A stretch of DNA of 64,000 nucleotides from a virus: the IMG/VR virus record IMGVR_UViG_3300037095_000059. One strand, written 5' to 3'. Both the position numbers and the translations under genes were made by a program. Numbering within the stretch: the stretch's first letter is position 1; every line of letters begins with the position of its first letter. Of this stretch, positions 1-8,048 are shown piece by piece. Below the pieces are notes generated by a model. That model saw only the letters and a program-made list of their open reading frames with translations. It made no database searches and had not been told where the DNA came from.

Positions 1-1377
1 GGAGAGCAGGGAGCCGACATCGCCGACCAAGGCTGGTTGGCCTTCCCTTGCATAGAGGGCAACCAGATCGTCTCTGTCAAATACCGCAGCCTGCAAAGGA
101 AAAAGCCTGGTGGGTTTGCCCGGCAGCCAGGAATGGCGACTGCTCTGTGGAACACGGAAGCCATCGACTGTTTTGAACCTGTCTACCTCGTAGAAGGAGA
201 ATTTGATTGTGCTATCTTAGCGCAGGCCGGGTACAACGCTGTTTCTGTTCCAAGCGCCGGGACAAAACTAACCCCAGCCCAGAAAGACCAACTGATGCAA
301 GCCTCGATGGTTATCCTATCCGGGGACACCGACCAGACGGGCTCTTCTTATATGTCGAAACTTTGGCAAGAGCTTGGGACGAAATGCTATCTGCTTTCCT
401 GGCCTTCGCCAATGAAAGACGCGAACCAGACGTTTCTTGAGCACTGCGGACGAGACTTAGACAAGTTCCGGGCCCTGGTCGAGGAACTGACGAGCAAGGC
501 TAAGTCACAGCCGATGCCCGACATCTATTCCATTCAGGAAGTCATGCAACACGGAGAAGACACTAGCCTCGTGGACCGAGCCGACCGGCTGCGATTTCCT
601 TGGAAAGCGGTGGACGAAATGGCGGTGCTGCTTCCGGGCTCCGTACTGGGTTTGATGAGCACCAGCACCGGCCAAGGCAAGACTTGCTATTCTTTGCAAT
701 TTAGTTTATTTGGGTCTAGGAAATACAACGAAGTTGTGATAAATTGGCAATGCGAATTGTCCCCGTCTGAACTCGCCGTAATGGTAGCGGCTCAGGTTCT
801 ACATAAGAACAGGAATTTCCTATCCAAAGCAGATTTGAAACAGGCGGCGGATCAACTCAGTGACGCTCAATACTACGTGGGCAATAATTCAACCATCAAC
901 AACATCATGGACGTTCTGGATTTGATGGAGGCTGCTGTTCGGCGCACCGGGGCTACAGTTTGTGTACTGGATAACTTGACCTTTTACACAACGGGAGTGG
1001 ATGACGAGGTTCGAGTTCAAGCAGCAGCAATGAAGCGCATCAAGCAAATGGCCATTCAATATGGATTGAAATTTATTGTCGTAAGTCAGCCAAGGAAGGC
1101 TTCGGCTCAGTCCAAAGGAAAGAAAACACATATCTCTGACGCAAAAGGATCAGCCAGTCTTGGAGACACGTGCGACAGCTTCATGGCCCTTCATCGGGAA
1201 TTGTCCAAGGATACGGACGGGACTGGTGTCAATGATCCGTATGAAGAGAAAACGCTAATCGAGATGCTGAAGACGAGGTCTAAAGGTTTGGGAAAGTCCA
1301 GCACGACTCTCCAGTTCTTCGGAGAGTTCGCAGAATTTCAAGCCATCGAGAATAATTACGAAGGAGCACCAGAATGA
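1..1377 (+). CDS. DNA primase/helicase (T7 gp4-like; TOPRIM plus DnaB/RecA-type ATPase); 5' end runs off the window
   Basis: Frame is open from base 1. TOPRIM strings EGEFD and GDTDQTG; Walker A STGQGKT; Walker B-like VCVLDN. Confidence 0.75.
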   Translation, partial: GEQGADIADQGWLAFPCIEGNQIVSVKYRSLQRKKPGGFARQPGMATALWNTEAIDCFEPVYLVEGEFDCAILAQAGYNAVSVPSAGTKLTPAQKDQLMQASMVILSGDTDQTGSSYMSKLWQELGTKCYLLSWPSPMKDANQTFLEHCGRDLDKFRALVEELTSKAKSQPMPDIYSIQEVMQHGEDTSLVDRADRLRFPWKAVDEMAVLLPGSVLGLMSTSTGQGKTCYSLQFSLFGSRKYNEVVINWQCELSPSELAVMVAAQVLHKNRNFLSKADLKQAADQLSDAQYYVGNNSTINNIMDVLDLMEAAVRRTGATVCVLDNLTFYTTGVDDEVRVQAAAMKRIKQMAIQYGLKFIVVSQPRKASAQSKGKKTHISDAKGSASLGDTCDSFMALHRELSKDTDGTGVNDPYEEKTLIEMLKTRSKGLGKSSTTLQFFGEFAEFQAIENNYEGAPE

Positions 1378-1384
1378 GTGACAC

Positions 1385-1888
1385 TTGGTGAAACCCGGGG
1401 AGTTGCCCGCCAATTGGGGTTTGTACGTCGCGCAGAAGACCAAACTGAAGTGCGTAGCTCCCTGCCCGAAGATGGAACCCTTACCGATGGACCGAGGAAT
1501 GCTGACAGCCCTGCTTTACGCCGTGCAGACGAAGCACTTAAAATTGGACGCTTCTGTCCTCACCAAAGCTCGGAACGACGGCTACGCAGAAGGAGTTGCT
1601 CGGACTCAAGAGGGAACCTACGAGAAAGCATATCGAGAACTTCAGGAGAGAGTCGAAGCCTTTGATAAAGCGTCGGGGATTGATGTTCAATATGGTTGGA
1701 AAGTAGAAAAAATAGGAGAGGCTGTTCGTGTTATAATGAGTGGAGACTCGGAGATAAAGAGACTTTTATCCCAAGCCAAGTACGGGGTGCAGTCGGCGGA
1801 GAGACTAAAGACGGAACTACAGAACCACGCCGACATTTTGGAATCTGTGCTCTCTAAGCTACCCCAAGAAAAGGATGAAGAAGAATGA
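1385..1888 (+). CDS. hypothetical protein
   Basis: 167-aa ORF directly after the primase-helicase. Start is uncertain (GTG 1385 or ATG 1472). No recognisable motif. Confidence 0.45.
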   Translation: MVKPGELPANWGLYVAQKTKLKCVAPCPKMEPLPMDRGMLTALLYAVQTKHLKLDASVLTKARNDGYAEGVARTQEGTYEKAYRELQERVEAFDKASGIDVQYGWKVEKIGEAVRVIMSGDSEIKRLLSQAKYGVQSAERLKTELQNHADILESVLSKLPQEKDEEE

Positions 1889-2955
1889 ACATCGCCGCCA
1901 CCGACCTCAAACATGCCCTCAAGCGCCTATCCGGCGTGAAGACGGAGACCTACCAAGTCAGCGAGACCTCGGTCTCCGCACAAGACAGTGATGCCTGGGT
2001 TGTCGTCGATTGTCCATTATCCGGACTTGGTTCGGCCTTCAACATCGCGGGCAAGAAGTTATCGTCCGTGGTCAACAGGATGTCGGGCCAAATCGAGATT
2101 CTACGCGAAGACAAGAAGCTGACACTCCGTTCTGCCAAGGCGAGGATCGAGCTTGAAATCCAACCGGCAAAAACACCGGCAACCCCGAGCCAACCGGACA
2201 AGGTGCTGTCCCTGCCTGCCGCAGAATTCAAACAGGCTCTGGCCCTCGCTTTTGCCTCCGCATCTCCCGCCAAATCAGCGCCGTTCGGGGGCTGTGTCCA
2301 GCTTCAAAGCTTGGGTTTGGGTCTTGAGGAGGAAGGACCGAAGGGCTACCGGATCACCGGCACAGATGGTATCATTCTGACCACGGTCAACGCCAAAGTG
2401 GAACTTCCCTTCGAGTTCCGGATGCTCCTGAACCTGACTGCGGCATCCATTGTCCAACTAATGGATGGGGCCCAAATCGAAGTGGGTGAAACCAATACCC
2501 ACCTGAAGATAACCTCCGGCGGCACAACGGTCTACGCCTCGAAGCCAATCCAGACGTACCCAAATTATGACAGCTTGCTGTCCGCCGTTCCTCACACAAA
2601 ACTGAGCTTTCTCGCGGAAGACCTGCTGTCCGTCCTGCGCACGGTCGAGCCTATGGTTGATGAATCAGTAGACCAAGGGGCTGTCGCTTTACATTTCAAA
2701 GACGGTGTGGTACAATGTCTTAGTGGGGGAGTGGGGAGCGCGGCCCAGGACGAAACGGTTTACGAGCAGATTGACCCCGACCCGATCTTCGAACCCCGAG
2801 AAGTCCGCTTGAAGCTGAACGTCAAGTACCTGTCCAGTTTCCTTTCCAAGACTAAAGGACCGGCGGTTTTGAGCATTACGAACAAGCCCGTCTTTCTGGA
2901 GTCCGGAAACATGCTGGTACTGACCATGCCGATGCTTACCAAGGAGAAGAAATGA
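1885..2955 (+). CDS. DNA polymerase sliding clamp (DnaN/beta-like)
   Basis: 356 aa, the typical clamp length. DnaN-like strings YPNYDSLL and LNVKYLSSFL. ATGA overlap with the upstream ORF. Sits in the replication module. Confidence 0.6.
   Translation: MNIAATDLKHALKRLSGVKTETYQVSETSVSAQDSDAWVVVDCPLSGLGSAFNIAGKKLSSVVNRMSGQIEILREDKKLTLRSAKARIELEIQPAKTPATPSQPDKVLSLPAAEFKQALALAFASASPAKSAPFGGCVQLQSLGLGLEEEGPKGYRITGTDGIILTTVNAKVELPFEFRMLLNLTAASIVQLMDGAQIEVGETNTHLKITSGGTTVYASKPIQTYPNYDSLLSAVPHTKLSFLAEDLLSVLRTVEPMVDESVDQGAVALHFKDGVVQCLSGGVGSAAQDETVYEQIDPDPIFEPREVRLKLNVKYLSSFLSKTKGPAVLSITNKPVFLESGNMLVLTMPMLTKEKK
2012..2026. repeat. 15-bp motif copy, R orientation: gtccattatccggac
   Basis: Inside the clamp gene. 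Read as CPLSGL. Confidence 0.9.
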
Positions 2956-3311
2956 AGCGCATAATCCTGTTTCTCACTTTACTGTTGGCTCCTGCGCTGT
3001 ACGCGCAGACGGTTAAGCCTGCACTACCAACCACGGCGACGGACAATGCTGCTATCAAGCCAGCACTACCGACTATTACAGTACCTCCGGCAAGTTTGCT
3101 GCATTCTGACAACCTCGTCGATTTTTCTACTATTGCGTCGTTTGTTGTTCCGTTGTGCGGGTGGCAGGGTCGCGAGCGAGACGATGGCCAGTGCGAGATT
3201 ACAATAACTGCTCCACCTGATTACGAAAACTTCAAATGCACAGTCCATCAACATAAGCAGGGTGAACTGTACGTCATCACCTGCACATGGAAACCGAAGG
3301 CCAAGCCATGA
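2952..3311 (+). CDS. small secreted or lipoprotein-like protein
   Basis: N-terminal signal peptide MKRIILFLTLLLAPALYAQT. Cys-containing mature part. Confidence 0.5.
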   Translation: MKRIILFLTLLLAPALYAQTVKPALPTTATDNAAIKPALPTITVPPASLLHSDNLVDFSTIASFVVPLCGWQGRERDDGQCEITITAPPDYENFKCTVHQHKQGELYVITCTWKPKAKP

Positions 3312-4015
3312 CCGATCTTGAAATTCTTCCCCCGGTCAACTCAGAAGCGGCGCAGCAGAAACAGACAGAGATCGACGGGCTTCTCGAACAAATCTCTGCC
3401 CACGAGCTACGCCTGGCCAAACACTTCGCTCGCCTCTCCCGCTTGGTCCGGGAAGTGAAGGTCGAGCAGTATTGGATTCCCTTGGGGTATGACCGCTTCA
3501 CCTCCTACTTGGAAGTAATCCGAAAGAAGATAGGGAGGGAACGCAGCCAGATGTACGCCGTGCTCTCCGTGTCAGAAGTTTTACACCCTTTTCTGACAGA
3601 CGAGGAGCTTGAGACCGTCGGAATCACAAAGGCGCACGAACTCAAGCGCCTGGTCAAACAAGGAGGCAGGGTAGACGCGGAGGTTCCCGGGCTTTTGAGC
3701 CCCGTCCGGATAATGGACTTTGCTGCTGATCCAAAGACAACAGCTTTAATGCTCCGCGCCAAAGTCAGCGAGTTGCTACACGTCCACGAAGCTCCGAAGG
3801 GGTTGTGGTACGAGTTTGACCCTCCCGGGTTCTACGCCACCGCAGACGAACGGAAAGAGATCGCGGAGTTTTGGGAACTCGGAAAACTGATTTTGCAGGA
3901 TACGTTCGAGTCCGAGCACGAAGAAAAGAAGCAGGTGTTCTTGGCCGCAGCCCGGGAATCCACATCAACTTGGAGAGGGGAGTTGGCGAATGCCGAGCAA
4001 ACTCGTCCGCGTTGA
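3308..4015 (+). CDS. hypothetical protein
   Basis: ATG 3308 overlaps the upstream stop (ATGA). Motif copy 3704 is read in frame as VRIMD. Confidence 0.5.
   Translation: MTDLEILPPVNSEAAQQKQTEIDGLLEQISAHELRLAKHFARLSRLVREVKVEQYWIPLGYDRFTSYLEVIRKKIGRERSQMYAVLSVSEVLHPFLTDEELETVGITKAHELKRLVKQGGRVDAEVPGLLSPVRIMDFAADPKTTALMLRAKVSELLHVHEAPKGLWYEFDPPGFYATADERKEIAEFWELGKLILQDTFESEHEEKKQVFLAAARESTSTWRGELANAEQTRPR
3704..3718. repeat. 15-bp motif copy, F orientation: gtccggataatggac
   Basis: Inside ORF 3308..4015. Read as VRIMD. Confidence 0.9.
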
Positions 4016-4400
4016 ACTCGGGGATGAAGGACGCCCAATCCGAATTTTCAGGGACAAGTCCTGGCTGACGTGCGAGAACCCCGTCCAGTTAATGGACAGA
4101 GCTAGGGCTGTTCTCTCGATTAGAGAGCAGGTGTTTTGGCGGGCGAGAGACTTCAAGAATATGCGCCCCGTATTTTGTATCGAAGCCTACGCCTGTGAAC
4201 GCTGCGGACGACGAATAACCTGGGAGACCTTTGAAATGAACGAAATCCGGCCCAAGGGGGCCGGGGGAGGTAAGACCGGCGGAGAAGTTTCCCTCGAAAA
4301 TTGTGAGGCATTGTGCCACCAATGCCACCAGGGTAGTCCAGATTCCGCTCACGGGAATCGGCGGTGGCAAACAGCAAAACTCGATCCCGAAGGATCATAA
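3990..4400 (+). CDS. HNH endonuclease
   Basis: CERCG...NEIRPKG...CEALCHQCHQG gives a CxxC...N...CxxCH HNH zinc signature. Motif copy 4083 is read as VQLMD. Confidence 0.75.
   Translation: MPSKLVRVELGDEGRPIRIFRDKSWLTCENPVQLMDRARAVLSIREQVFWRARDFKNMRPVFCIEAYACERCGRRITWETFEMNEIRPKGAGGGKTGGEVSLENCEALCHQCHQGSPDSAHGNRRWQTAKLDPEGS
4083..4097. repeat. 15-bp motif copy, F: gtccagttaatggac
   Basis: Inside the HNH gene. Read as VQLMD. Confidence 0.9.
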
Positions 4401-4919
4401 ATGGACGCTCTCAAATACCAACCCGTAATCAAAGATGTCATGGCCAAACTGAAGGTGCGTAAAAACCAGCAGGAGGATATGACACAAGAATGCTACTTGG
4501 CTCTGCTTGCCGGAGAAGATAAGCTGAAAGCAGCAGACGACGACATGGGGTACGCAGCTACAATCTGCCGGAACAGAATTCGACAGTGTTGGTCGAAGGA
4601 GCGATTCGGGATTCCAAATTTCAACCAGATAAAAGACGACCCGCCCCAGATCAGATTCGATTCCTTGTCTGAGCCTAAGATACAGAGGAAGGCGGCCAAG
4701 GTTGCTTCTCTTTCTCCGGCCCCGGACGCTGGGCTTTTATTCATGGACCTGCGGGCGGCTGTTTCCAAGCTCTCGGAGGAGGAACAAGACGTGGTTCAAA
4801 GGATTCTTGGGGGCGAGTCCCGGGAGCAGATAGCAGCCGCTTTGGGGCTTAGTCGGAGAGCAGTGGGCAGGCGGTACAAAGCCGCTGTCGAGAAACTGAA
4901 GAAAGTGCTGGGGGTTTGA
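4401..4919 (+). CDS. RNA polymerase sigma factor (sigma-70/ECF-like, regions 2 and 4)
   Basis: Region-2-like QECYLALLAGE. C-terminal HTH SREQIAAALGLSRRAVGRRYKAAVEKLKK. Confidence 0.7.
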   Translation: MDALKYQPVIKDVMAKLKVRKNQQEDMTQECYLALLAGEDKLKAADDDMGYAATICRNRIRQCWSKERFGIPNFNQIKDDPPQIRFDSLSEPKIQRKAAKVASLSPAPDAGLLFMDLRAAVSKLSEEEQDVVQRILGGESREQIAAALGLSRRAVGRRYKAAVEKLKKVLGV

Positions 4920-4920
4920 A

Positions 4921-5319
4921 ATGGGCGTATCGAAAACAGTAACGGTTATTTGCGATTATTCCAAATGTTTGGGCAACAAAACCGGCCCGGCTGTGGTACA
5001 ATGGAATGAGACGGATGTCTCGTCTGGAAAAGCCGAACTTCCGGAAGAAGCAAAGTACCTGGTCCTCATCACGCACAACAACATTCAAAAAGCCTTTTGC
5101 TGTCAACTACACGCGGCGGAATACTTCCTTCCCCCCGGGTACGAAGCGAAGCAGAAACAAGTGATTGAGTTTCCAACCCCGAAGGAAGAGCCGGGACCTT
5201 GCCCGCCGATGCGTGCTTGGGTGGATGAACCGCTTCGGTCAGAAGAAAGTCCGGATAATGGACAATCCGGTTTTGTCTACGGCGAGAAGAACAACGGACC
5301 GGGAGGAATCAACGAATGA
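4921..5319 (+). CDS. hypothetical protein
   Basis: 132-aa ORF tightly packed between neighbours. Motif copy 5249 is read as SPDNGQ. Confidence 0.45.
   Translation: MGVSKTVTVICDYSKCLGNKTGPAVVQWNETDVSSGKAELPEEAKYLVLITHNNIQKAFCCQLHAAEYFLPPGYEAKQKQVIEFPTPKEEPGPCPPMRAWVDEPLRSEESPDNGQSGFVYGEKNNGPGGINE
5249..5263. repeat. 15-bp motif copy, F: gtccggataatggac
   Basis: Inside ORF 4921..5319. Read as SPDNGQ. Confidence 0.9.
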
Positions 5320-5681
5320 TTACTACTTCCGACTACTCCAATGCCACCATAGCCACCGCTTGCTGGCGGGCGGCCCGGGGGGAGCTACACTCGGTCATGC
5401 TGTCTGTCTGCATGGTCTTCAAGAACCGGGCGGACGCTGGGTGGTTCGAACACGACCTTTATCAGAACTGCGTTCAGTGGCTGATCGAAAACCCCGGGGA
5501 GTTTCCGGACACACGCGACCCAGAGTTCCGACAAATGCTGGCCAGGCTTGACTCCGTAACCTCGGGGTTGGTGCCTGACCGAACAGGTGGGGCTATGTAC
5601 TTCTGCCCCAAGTCTCAACTGCCCGAAAAGATCGAGGGGCAAATAACCACAACGATTGGTGGTGTTGTGTTCATCCGGTGA
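5316..5681 (+). CDS. possible SleB-like cell-wall hydrolase family protein
   Basis: ARGE...VCMVFKNR...YFC loosely resembles the SleB/Hydrolase_2 pattern (ARGE..V..V..NR). Weak call. Confidence 0.35.
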   Translation: MITTSDYSNATIATACWRAARGELHSVMLSVCMVFKNRADAGWFEHDLYQNCVQWLIENPGEFPDTRDPEFRQMLARLDSVTSGLVPDRTGGAMYFCPKSQLPEKIEGQITTTIGGVVFIR

Positions 5682-5686
5682 GGGAT

Positions 5687-5785
5687 ATGGACGAGAAATT
5701 TCAGTGGTGGGAGTTCCTGGCCGGGGTCTGCATTGGGGCCTGCCTCATGTTCCTTGGCCTGTTCCTCGCTGCCTTTTTCGAATAG
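5687..5785 (+). CDS. small membrane protein (32 aa)
   Basis: ATG 5687. Hydrophobic stretch FLAGVCIGACLMFLGLFLAAFF. Below the ORF-track cutoff. Confidence 0.3.
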   Translation: MDEKFQWWEFLAGVCIGACLMFLGLFLAAFFE

Positions 5786-5791
5786 GAGATT

Positions 5792-5956
5792 ATGCCGATT
5801 CAAACGTTTACTTGTACGAACTGCGGGCACAAGTTCGAGGAAATCGTCAGGCAGGGTGCGCCGCCTCTTCCCTGCCCGAAGTGCGGAGAGCCCACTGTTC
5901 AGGTGTGGAGTGTACCAGCCGTCGCTTTTTGGAAATGTTCGAGAGGGAGCTTGTGA
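5792..5956 (+). CDS. FmdB-type CxxC zinc-ribbon protein (54 aa)
   Basis: MPIQTFTCTNCGHKFE...CPKCGE. AGGAG lies 6 nt upstream of the ATG. Confidence 0.55.
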   Translation: MPIQTFTCTNCGHKFEEIVRQGAPPLPCPKCGEPTVQVWSVPAVAFWKCSRGSL

Positions 5957-6459
5957 TGGGAATATCAAAGCACGGCGGAAACCCGAACTATAAACCGCCA
6001 ACGAAGAAAGCCAAGACGCAAGCGCAACTCGACCGCGCCACAGACCTTCGGCTGCAAAAAGCGTACAACATCACCTTAGCCGACTATGAAAAAATGGAGA
6101 AGACCCACGGGGGCAAGTGTTGGATAAGCGGAAGACCTCCAGGTTCAAGGCGGTTGCACGTCGATCACGACCATAGCTGGAAGAAGGTAAAAATCACCAC
6201 CAGCAAACTTTCCGAAACGGGCAATTGGGTGGCAACAGCGAATTACCTTCACACGGACTACACGGGGTACGGAGCCAAGAAGTCTTTGGCTGTTCGAGAA
6301 GTCAAACGTAAACTGCTTCGTGCTTCGGTTCGGGGGCTGCTCACATACTCCATCAATGCGGGGTTGCAGAAATTTTCAGACGACCCAAAACTTCTTAGAG
6401 TGGCGGCGGACTACCTTGAGAAACACCAAGGTCCATTAACTGGACAGGAGACAACATGA
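5956..6459 (+). CDS. recombination endonuclease VII-like resolvase
   Basis: GGKCWISG...LHVDHDH...VRGLLTYSINAGL follows the Endo VII pattern. ATG 5956 overlaps the upstream TGA. Motif copy 6431 is read as GPLTGQ. Confidence 0.65.
   Translation: MGISKHGGNPNYKPPTKKAKTQAQLDRATDLRLQKAYNITLADYEKMEKTHGGKCWISGRPPGSRRLHVDHDHSWKKVKITTSKLSETGNWVATANYLHTDYTGYGAKKSLAVREVKRKLLRASVRGLLTYSINAGLQKFSDDPKLLRVAADYLEKHQGPLTGQETT
6431..6445. repeat. 15-bp motif copy, R: gtccattaactggac
   Basis: At the end of the Endo VII gene. Read as GPLTGQ. Confidence 0.9.
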
Positions 6460-6665
6460 CCGAACCCATTCCAGATTTCGCAACACCTCGCAAGTGTGGT
6501 ATCTGCCAAGAGCCCGCTAACTGCTGGCACTTCCGTCCAAACAGATCGCGGCGGAATCTCCCGTCGCATCCGTCCGCGAAGAAGCTCGCCGTTTGGTGCG
6601 GGTTACGGGTGAGCGCGTGGAGTTTGTCGATCACATGGTCGCCTGCCCACGGTGCGACGGAATGA
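6456..6665 (+). CDS. hypothetical Cys-containing protein; only the first ~26 aa look protein-like
   Basis: MTEPIPDFATPRKCGICQEPANCWHF, then a low-quality tail. May continue into the 6593 frame (see findings). Confidence 0.3.
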   Translation: MTEPIPDFATPRKCGICQEPANCWHFRPNRSRRNLPSHPSAKKLAVWCGLRVSAWSLSITWSPAHGATE

Positions 6666-6940
6666 ATCTCTCTTGCGAGTTCTGTGATGGAAGAGGACAT
6701 GTATTATCCTCGCAGGCGCGGGAGTACCGGCGGCAGTTCAACGTTGACGAGCTGATCCGCCACGATGAATCACGCACTGACGAAAAGCTCTTACATGCAA
6801 TTGCAGCGGCGGACGCGGAGGCGGACCGTGATGACGGCAGAGAGCCTGGCGACACTAGAGACGAGGAATCTCTGGAAGATCACAACATTCAAGGACTCGG
6901 AGCCTTTCGGGACGTGTTCGATGCGGGCGGTGAGCAATGA
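6593..6940 (+). CDS. hypothetical protein with a DnaJ-type CxxCxGxG zinc-finger pair
   Basis: CPRCDG and CEFCDGRG. Acidic C-terminus. The upstream part of this frame is open back to 6522 with no good start. Confidence 0.4.
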   Translation: MVRVTGERVEFVDHMVACPRCDGMNLSCEFCDGRGHVLSSQAREYRRQFNVDELIRHDESRTDEKLLHAIAAADAEADRDDGREPGDTRDEESLEDHNIQGLGAFRDVFDAGGEQ

Positions 6941-7245
6941 GCGATGACGAAATGGTTGTCAAGTCGGTTTGGAAGAGCGCCCATGCTGTGCGGGATTGGC
7001 CGGGAATGGTAACGATCCGCCGCTTTAGCCCGTTCAAGAATGAACAAGTTGAGGGCCAAGGCGCAACGGAAGCGGATGCTTGGAAGAACGTGGCCGACAA
7101 AATTCGCGCTATTGGGAAGCCTGAGTGGACTGTCGATGTTATTACGTCAGAGCAACAGGCGATTGCCGATGAAGCCGACTGGCAGGCAATGGTTGACGAA
7201 AAGGAAAAAGAAAGACGACGTGCGAATCGAAAGGCGGACCGATAA
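6937..7245 (+). CDS. hypothetical protein
   Basis: 102-aa ORF. ATGA overlap with the upstream gene. Confidence 0.45.
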   Translation: MSDDEMVVKSVWKSAHAVRDWPGMVTIRRFSPFKNEQVEGQGATEADAWKNVADKIRAIGKPEWTVDVITSEQQAIADEADWQAMVDEKEKERRRANRKADR

Positions 7246-7628
7246 TGAAGCCCATCGACAGAATGTGCCCAGCTTGCAAGGTTCCTCCTGGCGTTGGTTG
7301 CCTACCGTTTGGCGTTAAACCTGGCTGTGGGTATCCGATGAAAGGGTTCCACTGGGAACGGCGCACGCGGACGGAAAGCATTAGCGCCGGTCCTATTGAG
7401 GGCCCAGGGCGGTGCGACATCGAGATTCGCTGGAATGCGCAGGCTAGAGCGTTCTTTGTGGACTATGGCAATGTGCACTTTTCGGTGACGCGGTTAGGCG
7501 CGATTCTCCTCGGAGACGCTTTGCGCGAAGCTGTAAGGACTCTAACGGTTGCTCAGTATACCGGACATGACGACGACGATCTTATGACGAAACGGTGGTA
7601 CGCGGCAGGTTGCCGCAAGGAGGATTGA
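7245..7628 (+). CDS. hypothetical protein (N-terminal CxxC)
   Basis: 127-aa ORF starting at the TAATG junction. MCPACKVPPGVGC. Confidence 0.45.
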   Translation: MKPIDRMCPACKVPPGVGCLPFGVKPGCGYPMKGFHWERRTRTESISAGPIEGPGRCDIEIRWNAQARAFFVDYGNVHFSVTRLGAILLGDALREAVRTLTVAQYTGHDDDDLMTKRWYAAGCRKED

Positions 7629-7689
7629 CAATCGCACCAAACCACAGTACAAATCAACACAGCGGTAATCAACCGCACAAGGAGCAGCA

Positions 7690-7863
7690 ATGAAACTGCC
7701 TGACTCAGTGGTTGAAGGTTTGAGAAAGATAGCGGGCCGCCCCCTGTTGGACTACACCTTCGCCTTCGGGGAAGACCGCGACATCTACGAAGCGGGAGTC
7801 CTGGACGGGGGAGCAAGCTTGGCGCAGTATGTTCTGGACGGTCTTGAAAAGGAGTCCGAATAA
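7690..7863 (+). CDS. hypothetical protein (57 aa)
   Basis: ATG 7690 preceded by AAGGAG. Its TAA stop lies inside motif copy 7854. Confidence 0.4.
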   Translation: MKLPDSVVEGLRKIAGRPLLDYTFAFGEDRDIYEAGVLDGGASLAQYVLDGLEKESE

Positions 7864-7868
7864 TGGAC
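7854..7868. repeat. 15-bp motif copy, F: gtccgaataatggac
   Basis: Gene junction. Its TAA is the stop of 7690..7863 and its ATG is the start of 7863..8048. Confidence 0.9.
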
Positions 7869-8048
7869 AAAACTGATGAAGAATTGGTGGAGTTGACCCT
7901 GGCGGGGATGACTCCCGAGGAAGCAAAAGAAGTAGTCAAGGAGATAAGCTATCGGGCGGCCCTCCTTCTCGGTTTGCCTGTTCAATACCCTTGGTTAACA
8001 GATATGTTTAAGAAAACTCTCAAGAAAGAGGAGGTCTCGAATGCCTAA
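7863..8048 (+). CDS. hypothetical protein (61 aa)
   Basis: The start ATG is the ATG of motif copy 7854 (TAATGGAC junction). Confidence 0.4.
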   Translation: MDKTDEELVELTLAGMTPEEAKEVVKEISYRAALLLGLPVQYPWLTDMFKKTLKKEEVSNA

